Virus record (IMG/VR): IMGVR_UViG_3300013383_000020
Span: 32,001 to 96,000 of that record
DNA from: a virus
Taxonomy: Duplodnaviria > Caudoviricetes
Length of the DNA stretch: 64,000 nt
Direction: 5' to 3' (one strand)
Below, piece after piece: positions 29,964-37,526 of this stretch (within the stretch, counting starts at the first letter, position 1; every line of letters begins with the position of its first letter). A program made the translations under genes and the position numbers. The notes under the pieces are model-generated. The model did no database searches. It saw only the letters and a program-made list of their open reading frames with translations, and was not told where the DNA came from.

Positions 29964-30170
29964 ATGAATAAAGAAAAACAAATTGAGGTATTAGAAGATC
30001 TGAAATCTTATGTAAATGAGGAATGGGATGCTTATGAATATGCAGACGATATAAAGGATGCTAATACAGCATTAGATGCAGCAATTGCTTTGATCAAATC
30101 ATCTAATGTTGCAGGTACATTAACTATAAATGATGAAAGTTATATAGTCCTCAAAGCACAAGAATCATAG
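29964..30170 (+). CDS. hypothetical protein
   Basis: ORF with SD. Confidence 0.6.
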   Translation: MNKEKQIEVLEDLKSYVNEEWDAYEYADDIKDANTALDAAIALIKSSNVAGTLTINDESYIVLKAQES

Positions 30171-30420
30171 ATTTCTTCCGCTTTAACGGAGAATATATAA
30201 ATGAGGTAAAACTAACTGAAAGCCTGAGATGGTGAAAAGGTAAAGGTGAAGGCTGGAAGTAACAAATCAGTCAACCGATGAGCGTATAGGCTGAAATTCA
30301 TTAGAGAATATAACGCCTTGGAACAAACCTCAGTCATGGCATGTAATGATGAGGGATAAGGATGCTCTCATAGAGTACAGAAATGAATGTACTCTTAATT
30401 TAAACAAGGAGGTAAACAAC

Positions 30421-30957
30421 ATGGAATATAAAGAGATTGATTTTCTTTGCGGTTGGACTATTGAACGAGCTGTAAGGGAATTACACGAAAGAGCAAAGGA
30501 TGGTAGTAAATATTGTGGTGAATTCAATGGAAATAAACTGACATCTGATATGTCGCTAGATGAAGCTTATATGCTTTGCATCGGAAAAACTTTTGAACAA
30601 TTTAACAAGGAACAGGAAGAAAGTCGTCAAAGACTGATTCATGAAGAGGAAGAACATAAAAAGAAAATTCCAGAATTATCAAAATATTGGATAGAAGAAG
30701 GTCATAAGGTTTTATCTAAAGATAAATGGGAAATGTGGGATAAATGCGTTCCTATTCGACTTGGAGATCTATACAGAGGGATGGAACTTGGTCAGTGTTT
30801 AGATATTATCAAAACTGTTAAAGAAAAATCTATCCAAGATGGAATTGAGGTTATGAAGAATCAGGGACATTCTGGTATGTCATGGGGATTAATGAAGTCT
30901 ATGGTTAGAGAATTTTGTGATTGTGGAAATGAGTTTTTGGAGCAGTTAGGAGAATAA
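30421..30957 (+). CDS. hypothetical protein
   Basis: AGGAGGT SD; ...QGHSGMS... motif. Confidence 0.75.
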   Translation: MEYKEIDFLCGWTIERAVRELHERAKDGSKYCGEFNGNKLTSDMSLDEAYMLCIGKTFEQFNKEQEESRQRLIHEEEEHKKKIPELSKYWIEEGHKVLSKDKWEMWDKCVPIRLGDLYRGMELGQCLDIIKTVKEKSIQDGIEVMKNQGHSGMSWGLMKSMVREFCDCGNEFLEQLGE

Positions 30958-30962
30958 ATCAT

Positions 30963-31244
30963 ATGAAGAAGAAAATTTTAGCAGTTGTATTAGGATTAAC
31001 ATTATGTTTTGGAATGACTGGATGTGCATCATGGGACAGAATGGTAACAGACGTAAAAAGTGATGTAAGCGGCGGTATGCAGAGAACAATTACTGTATAC
31101 ACGGCAGACGGTAAAGAGCTTGCAACATACGAAGGCAAGATTGATATTGAAACAAATGATGGTAGATATGTCAAGTTTGACTACAACGGCAAGAGATATA
31201 TTTATTACAACTGCTTTGTAGAAAGCATTGCAGACATTGATTAA
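30963..31244 (+). CDS. putative lipoprotein
   Basis: MKKK, hydrophobic stretch, MTGC lipobox. Confidence 0.75.
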   Translation: MKKKILAVVLGLTLCFGMTGCASWDRMVTDVKSDVSGGMQRTITVYTADGKELATYEGKIDIETNDGRYVKFDYNGKRYIYYNCFVESIADID

Positions 31245-31410
31245 AAATTTCATTATTGTAGGGCTGTTCAATTCAGATTGACAACGGCATAAACGTGGAT
31301 ACTAGTTGGTGATTTATGTGTCAGTGGGGCTGTACTAGGTTCGAACCCTTTATATGGTGTAAGTGGGCATAACAATAATGAATTAAGTTGAAAATTTTGA
31401 TAATTGAAAA

Positions 31411-31494
31411 TAAAAGGTAGTCCTAAAGGTCATTGACAATAGGATAGAGGTTACGGTTCTTAACCATCTGGCTTAAAAATAAGGCAGTAAACGG
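31411..31494 (+). ncRNA. conserved three-hairpin element, copy 3 (divergent)
   Basis: AAGGTAGTCC...GGATAGAGGTT...ACCA with compensatory stems. Confidence 0.5.
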
Positions 31495-31638
31495 TTTTAT
31501 AAAAGCCGAAGAATCCGAAGTTTCCTTCGGAATTTTCAAGAGCAAGTCGCTCAAAAATTATAATAAATAAGAGAATATCTAAAAGAAAGGATAATTAGTA
31601 GCTGGCTTTAAAGGTTGCAACCGCTTTGGTACTAATTA

Positions 31639-32445
31639 TTGAAATTACAAAATGACAAGTATTACACACCAATAGAATTAGCAAACTACTGTTGGGATAA
31701 GGTTTTTGAAGTTGTTGGTGAAGAGAACATATCGGAGATTATTGAGCCTAGTGTGGGGAATGGCAGTTTTCTTCATCATACAGAGCAACTACCACATTTT
31801 GCGTATGATATTGAACCTGAGTGTGAATCTAATTTTACTCATATCTTTAAGCAGGATTATTTAAGTGCTGACATGAAGTATCTTTGGGGAAGGCTGATAA
31901 TAGGAAATCCACCATACGGAAGATGTTTAAGCATGGCACAGAAATTTTTCAAAAAGTCTGTTGCAATTGCAGATACAATCGCTTTTATTCTCCCTATAAG
32001 TCAATTAAATAATACAAGGTCAATGTATGAGTTTGACTTAGTATATAGTGAGGATTTAGGCATTCAACATTACACAGATAGAGATTTACATTGCTGTTTT
32101 AATATTTATCGCAGACCTGATAGTGGAGAATTGAATAGTAAACCAGTTACAAAATTAAAGGATATTGCTATCTATCGTCAGGATAGCAAGGGATATGACG
32201 AGAAAGATTTTGATATTCGTATGTGTTATTGGGGAGATGGAACTGCTGGAAAAATATTGAAGGATGGTGAACATTATTCAGCAGAATATAAAATTAAGAT
32301 AAATAATGAAGAATTAAGAAAAGATATTATTGAAGTACTTACTACATTTGATTGGAAAGAATATCTAAATTGTATTGCAATGCGAAAAATACAGCAATTT
32401 CATATTATAGAGATACTTAAACAGAATGTAAAAGGAATTAAGTAA
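31639..32445 (+). CDS. N6-adenine DNA methyltransferase (gamma-type order)
   Basis: DKYYTP, IEPSVGNGSF, GNPPY. Confidence 0.85.
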   Translation: MKLQNDKYYTPIELANYCWDKVFEVVGEENISEIIEPSVGNGSFLHHTEQLPHFAYDIEPECESNFTHIFKQDYLSADMKYLWGRLIIGNPPYGRCLSMAQKFFKKSVAIADTIAFILPISQLNNTRSMYEFDLVYSEDLGIQHYTDRDLHCCFNIYRRPDSGELNSKPVTKLKDIAIYRQDSKGYDEKDFDIRMCYWGDGTAGKILKDGEHYSAEYKIKINNEELRKDIIEVLTTFDWKEYLNCIAMRKIQQFHIIEILKQNVKGIK

Positions 32446-32513
32446 GAGAATAATAAAATGAAAGGAGACGAGGTTCGTGTACACAAGAAGGAATTCCTTA
32501 CTCCAAGTAATTT

Positions 32514-33254
32514 ATGAAATATATGGGTTCAAAGTCTCGTATAGCAAAATATATATTACCAATTATTCAGGAAAGATTAAAAGATTATAATATTAAAACA
32601 TATATCGAACCATTTTCAGGTGGAATGAATATGATTGATAAGGTTGAGTGCGAGAATAAAATTGCATCTGACAACAATAAATATCTTATGGAAATTTTTA
32701 ATCATTTGAAAGAAATAGAAACAATGTTACCAGAAATGGTATCAAAGTCACATTATGATGAATGCCGAAAAATGTATTATTCAAATGATTTCTCAAAATA
32801 TCCACAATGGTATATTGGAGCAATCGGCTTTTTGGCGAGCTATAATGGTAGATGTTATGAAGCTGGTTACGCAGGTATTGTGCATACAAAAGCTGGAACT
32901 GAGAGAAATTATTATGATGAAGCCAAGAGAAATTTGTTAGAGCAGATTCCAAAGTTGGAAGATATTCAGTTCCAATGCGGAGATTATGAAGAGTTATATT
33001 CTGATAAAATCGACTGCTTATTTTATTGTGACATTCCGTATAAAGGCACAAAACAGTATGGATCAAGTAAGAATTTTGATTATGACAGATTCTGGAATTG
33101 GGCTGAGAAGATGAGTGAGAAAAATATTGTCTTAGTCAGTGAACATGAAGCTCCTTCAGAATGGGAATGTATTTGGCAACAGGAAGTCAAGAGAACGATT
33201 GACAATACAAAGCGAGTTAAAGCAGTAGAAAAATTATTTGAAATAAGAGAATAA
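32514..33254 (+). CDS. Dam/D12-class DNA adenine methyltransferase
   Basis: KYMGSKSR, YIEPFSGG, YCDIPY (DPPY variant). Confidence 0.85.
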   Translation: MKYMGSKSRIAKYILPIIQERLKDYNIKTYIEPFSGGMNMIDKVECENKIASDNNKYLMEIFNHLKEIETMLPEMVSKSHYDECRKMYYSNDFSKYPQWYIGAIGFLASYNGRCYEAGYAGIVHTKAGTERNYYDEAKRNLLEQIPKLEDIQFQCGDYEELYSDKIDCLFYCDIPYKGTKQYGSSKNFDYDRFWNWAEKMSEKNIVLVSEHEAPSEWECIWQQEVKRTIDNTKRVKAVEKLFEIRE

Positions 33255-33286
33255 ATACATAGAAAATAGAAAGAGAGGTACTGAAA

Positions 33287-34372
33287 ATGCCAAGAGCATT
33301 AGCACATATTGAAGAAATTAATTCTATTGTCCCAATTGAGGGTAAGGATAGAATTGTATTAGCAACAGTATTAGGTTGGACAGTAATTGTTCAGAAGGAC
33401 TTTAAAGTAGGAGATAAGGTTGTATTTGCAGAAATTGATTCTGTATTTCCTGAAAAGCCTGAGTTTGAATTTTTAAGAAGTAAGAAGTTCCGCATTAAGA
33501 CAATGAAGATGGCTGGTGTGATCAGTCAGGGTATTGTATTTCCATTATCCATTCTTCCAGAAGGAGAATATAACATTGGTGATGATGTAACAGATATTCT
33601 TGGTATCACACAGTATGAGCCAACAATGGACAAGGAAGAAGCCGATATAGAAAATACAAAAACATCTGTAAAGAAATATCCTGAATTTTTAATGAGAATG
33701 GCGTGGTTTAGAAAACTTGTGTTGCCAAAGAAACAGGCTAAAGGTTTCCCAAGTTTTATTAGTAAGACTGACGAAAGCAGGGTGCAGAATTGTCCTTTTT
33801 ATCTCAATATGGATTGTAAGTGGATTGCAACCGAAAAGGTTGATGGACAAAGTGGTTCGTTTACATTACAGCGAGTAAAGGGTAAACATTTTTGGAATAA
33901 AGATACATATGACTTTGCAGTTTGTTCAAGAAATCTCAGAAAGTGGAAGAAGGATACATCTTCATTTTGGAGTGTTGCTGAAAAATACAACATCGAAGAT
34001 GTTCTTCATAAACTGATTGGAGATAATGAGTGGGTAGCAATTCAGGGAGAATGTGTCGCATCTAATGTACAAGGTAATAAATATCATGTTACAAAACCCG
34101 ATTTATATGTTTTCAATTTGATTTATCCAAGTGGAAGAGTCGGATCTATAGAAGCAAAGAAGATTGTAAATGATTTAGGATTAAAGTTTGTTCCTATTTT
34201 ATCTGAAGATGCACAGATTAAGGGTATGACAGTACCAGAAGTTCTTGAATATGCAACAGGTAAGAGTCAGTTATATGATACTCTCAGAGAAGGAATTGTA
34301 TTCAGAAGTGAAGATGGAAAGCAATCATTTAAGGCAGTTAGTCCCGATTTCTTATTGAAGAATAATGAGTAG
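33287..34372 (+). CDS. RNA ligase (Rnl2/DRB0094-like)
   Basis: N-terminal OB fold; TEKVDG motif I, IQGE, EGIV, FKAVS. Confidence 0.85.
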   Translation: MPRALAHIEEINSIVPIEGKDRIVLATVLGWTVIVQKDFKVGDKVVFAEIDSVFPEKPEFEFLRSKKFRIKTMKMAGVISQGIVFPLSILPEGEYNIGDDVTDILGITQYEPTMDKEEADIENTKTSVKKYPEFLMRMAWFRKLVLPKKQAKGFPSFISKTDESRVQNCPFYLNMDCKWIATEKVDGQSGSFTLQRVKGKHFWNKDTYDFAVCSRNLRKWKKDTSSFWSVAEKYNIEDVLHKLIGDNEWVAIQGECVASNVQGNKYHVTKPDLYVFNLIYPSGRVGSIEAKKIVNDLGLKFVPILSEDAQIKGMTVPEVLEYATGKSQLYDTLREGIVFRSEDGKQSFKAVSPDFLLKNNE

Positions 34373-34380
34373 GTGAATTT

Positions 34381-35442
34381 ATGAATTATTACATCAGCGA
34401 TTTGCATTTGAATTGCAAGAATAAATACGAAGGCAGAACATTAGAGCACGATAAAATTTTAAAAGAAAATTGGAATAAAACAGTTACAAATGGCGACACA
34501 GTGTATATTCTTGGCGATATCGGCAGAGAGGGTGGAAATAAAGAGATGGAATATCTCTGTGAAATTATTTCTACTCTTAAAGGTAAGAAAGTATTGGTGC
34601 AAGGAAATCATGAGAAATTAAAGGATATAAGAGTTAAGCAGTTATTCGTAGAGATAATACCATATAAAGAGATTAGTGATAATTTTAATGGTATAAATCA
34701 AAATGTAGTTTTGTGTCATTATCCAATATTATTTTGGAATGGGCAACATAAAAACTGGATTCATTTATATGGGCATTTGCATAATACTAACGAAGAAGCT
34801 TTATATAGGAACTGTCTTAAAGAAGTCAATAAGTATTTTGCTATTCAAGGCACAAAAGGTCATACAGATTGTCCACCTGCTAGAGCATATAATGTTGGTG
34901 CAATGATGCCATATATGAACTATACACCAAGAACACTGGAAGAATCATTAAGAGTGGAGAATAAAGATATGAAGATAGAACTAATCAAATTGAAATTCAA
35001 TGACACTTGTTCATATAAATACAAACCATTTAAGCATTGCTGTGAAGCAATTCAGAATGACAAAGCTATTGTTTTTACAGACGAAGATATAAATGATATC
35101 GGTGGAGAATATAAAGATGACGGTATTTCTACTCCACAGTTTTGCACTTCACATACAGAAGTTATCACTTCTTATGAAGATGAGTGGGAACAGACAGACA
35201 ATTATCCGATTCGATTCTGCCCTCATTGTGGAGAAGAGATTGAGATTTCAGTTGTAGAAGAAATTGATGTATCTGATAAATACAATGAACTATCTAAGCA
35301 GCGTAATGAAGTGTGGAAGAAGTGTCAGAGAACGGATAGCAAGAAGAAGGAATCTGAGCTGAGAGAACAGGTTAGCAAGTTGGATAAACAGATTGATAGC
35401 TTTTACTGGTTGGATGAGTGGAAGGAGAATAATTATGTATAA
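34381..35442 (+). CDS. metallophosphoesterase fused to a downstream zinc-ribbon ORF
   Basis: SDLH, LGD, GNH, CHYP, GHLH; internal GGAG SD and ATG at 34969. Confidence 0.8.
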   Translation: MNYYISDLHLNCKNKYEGRTLEHDKILKENWNKTVTNGDTVYILGDIGREGGNKEMEYLCEIISTLKGKKVLVQGNHEKLKDIRVKQLFVEIIPYKEISDNFNGINQNVVLCHYPILFWNGQHKNWIHLYGHLHNTNEEALYRNCLKEVNKYFAIQGTKGHTDCPPARAYNVGAMMPYMNYTPRTLEESLRVENKDMKIELIKLKFNDTCSYKYKPFKHCCEAIQNDKAIVFTDEDINDIGGEYKDDGISTPQFCTSHTEVITSYEDEWEQTDNYPIRFCPHCGEEIEISVVEEIDVSDKYNELSKQRNEVWKKCQRTDSKKKESELREQVSKLDKQIDSFYWLDEWKENNYV

Positions 35443-36034
35443 GCAGATTATTATTGCCAGAAAAGATTTGGGGATGAGTTCTGGGAAGCTCGCAGCCCAA
35501 GTCAGTCACGGCTCTATGGCGTTTTTAACATGGATGATTAGAAATAATGCAACAGCAATTATTAATGAAAAAAGTGGTAGAGCATGGGAATATCCAGATA
35601 AACCACAATACTATAGGCATCCAGATTTAAATGAATTTGCAGAAATTACAAGGCAAAATGGTAAAAGGTTATTTTACTATAAGCCTTCGAATCCAAATAA
35701 TCCATATGGAACACAAGTGATGTGCGACCATCCAACTATCAAAGAATATTCTACAAAATTCACTATTGACAAGGATTTATATGAACAGTGGATTAATGGT
35801 GAATTTACAAAGTGTGTTCTTCAAGCAAAGAATAAGAATCAGTTATTAAAAGCTAAGACTATGGCAGAAGAGTTAGGAATGGTTGAAGGTAAAGATTTCT
35901 GGCTAATAAAGGATAATTGTCACACCGAATTAGAACCTGAAGAAGATGGTAGAACACTTACTGTAATCGGCTTTAGACCAATGGATAGTGAGATTATTGA
36001 CCAGATTGGAAGAAAATATCATTTATATATGTAG
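35435..36034 (+). CDS. peptidyl-tRNA hydrolase, Pth2 family
   Basis: KQIIIARKDLGMSSGKLAAQVSH...TKCVL...D...TE...T..G..P. Confidence 0.85.
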   Translation: MYKQIIIARKDLGMSSGKLAAQVSHGSMAFLTWMIRNNATAIINEKSGRAWEYPDKPQYYRHPDLNEFAEITRQNGKRLFYYKPSNPNNPYGTQVMCDHPTIKEYSTKFTIDKDLYEQWINGEFTKCVLQAKNKNQLLKAKTMAEELGMVEGKDFWLIKDNCHTELEPEEDGRTLTVIGFRPMDSEIIDQIGRKYHLYM

Positions 36035-36051
36035 AAATGGAGAATATTAAA

Positions 36052-36390
36052 ATGGCAAATAGATTATTACTTGAGAGTGAAGTGATTAAAGTAGTAGATA
36101 AGAATACAAATGATGAGAGTCAGTTAGATAATGATATTAGCTGCATTCTTGAAGAGGTAAATCCTGTTGTATTAGTTGGTTCAAAAGAAGCGTTGGATAG
36201 TTTAAAAGTAGAGTGTAAACCAGCACAGAAACAAAAGCGAATTGAGTTATTCGAGAATGAAGATGTTGTATTAGAACAGCGTGGCAACAGATATTACTTG
36301 TCTCTATATGATAAGGAAGGAAAGTTCCAGAGGGAAGTTACTATTGATGTCAAGGATGATTACAAGGTTGGACTTGGAAATTGTAAGTAG
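36052..36390 (+). CDS. hypothetical protein
   Basis: GGAG SD. Confidence 0.6.
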   Translation: MANRLLLESEVIKVVDKNTNDESQLDNDISCILEEVNPVVLVGSKEALDSLKVECKPAQKQKRIELFENEDVVLEQRGNRYYLSLYDKEGKFQREVTIDVKDDYKVGLGNCK

Positions 36391-36399
36391 GAATAGCTT

Positions 36400-36591
36400 A
36401 TGAGATCAGAGATAAAAAGACGACAGTTTTCTGAAAATCATCAATCTTGGTTCTCCCATGATTATGCTTGCTGGGCAAATAATCACAATGGTTGGAGAAA
36501 GATGAAAAAGAAGAATCGTAGATTATTTAAAAAGAAGTATCGAAGAGAAGTTGAGAAGGATATTAATAATGAATTGAATGATATGCAATAA
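36400..36591 (+). CDS. small basic protein
   Basis: ORF with SD. Confidence 0.55.
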   Translation: MRSEIKRRQFSENHQSWFSHDYACWANNHNGWRKMKKKNRRLFKKKYRREVEKDINNELNDMQ

Positions 36592-36632
36592 TAGTAAATT
36601 CAGGATTCATTGGCTTTAAGAAAGGAGAACAT

Positions 36633-36923
36633 ATGAGAGAAGATAGGCTTAATTATATTGAGAAAGAGATTAGTAAAACACCACTTTATTCGCTGCTTGG
36701 CGCAGATGGTATTAGTGAATTGAAGAGTAGAATTATTGACATTATCTGTAATCAAGTACAGAAAGATTTGAGAGAAAGTCCGTATTATCTTATTAGTCCA
36801 GATGATGTAAATGAGACTCTAGGAGAGAATATTGTTAAGGAAGCAATTGATGAATTAAAAGAAGAGTGGAAGGACAAGCTCAAAGAATATATGTCTCAGA
36901 AACTTGAAGCAATGATGAAGTAA
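36633..36923 (+). CDS. hypothetical protein
   Basis: AAGGAG SD; bounded by repeat sites at 36590 and 36927. Confidence 0.7.
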   Translation: MREDRLNYIEKEISKTPLYSLLGADGISELKSRIIDIICNQVQKDLRESPYYLISPDDVNETLGENIVKEAIDELKEEWKDKLKEYMSQKLEAMMK

Positions 36924-36983
36924 CTTCACAGGAAAGCAACATATCTTTGGATTTTGAGAGAATAATACATTGGAGGTGAAAAC

Positions 36984-37211
36984 GTGAAGTTAATTGGTGA
37001 CGAAGCATTTGAAGAATATCAGAAATTAAAAGATAAGAATACTCCAAAGAAAGTAAAAACGCAAAAATATGAACTATTAGTTAAATCAGGATGGGAGTAT
37101 GCATGTCCTGCTTGTGGATGTGCTGTTGGTGCAAATAAATATGACACAGAATATACTGACGAATATCCATATTGTGACAATTGCGGTCAGGCATTAGATT
37201 GGAAAAAATAA
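36984..37211 (+). CDS. zinc-ribbon protein
   Basis: CPACG...YCDNCGQALDW; bounded by sites 36927 and 37210. Confidence 0.75.
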   Translation: MKLIGDEAFEEYQKLKDKNTPKKVKTQKYELLVKSGWEYACPACGCAVGANKYDTEYTDEYPYCDNCGQALDWKK

Positions 37212-37215
37212 CAAG

Positions 37216-37526
37216 AATCCAATCTTTCAAGCGAATTTTCAATCTTTACTCGATAGAATTTATGTTCATTTCCTTGCTTATCAAATCCCTTAATAATGGA
37301 TTTATCCAGCCAAAAGTAGCCCTCTTTCAGATCTTCTAATGGCTGTTTGGTTGTATCTCTCAAGAATGTAAGATACTCATTGTAAATTGGGTTCACTCAT
37401 ATACCTGAGTGTTATGTACATAACCTTTTACCTAGGATTATCCTTACCTTTCTTTGATTTTATGGCATTTGCAACTACCATTTATGTTGTTATTTGTTCA
37501 AAAATTTTCCAATGAAAGATTGGATT
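37216..37526. mobile_element. inverted DNA segment carrying leader and 5' end of the PAPS-reductase-like gene (OFF orientation)
   Basis: 14-bp inverted repeats AATCCAATCTTTCA (37216-37229) / TGAAAGATTGGATT (37513-37526); minus-strand ORF ...ENSLERLD joins plus-strand ERLDCTKLK. Confidence 0.85.

Noticed and set aside
37454-37516. N-terminus MILWHLQLPF... given by the ORF track for the PAPS-reductase-like protein
   Set aside because: It is the reverse complement of the leader created by the inversion; it has no SD.
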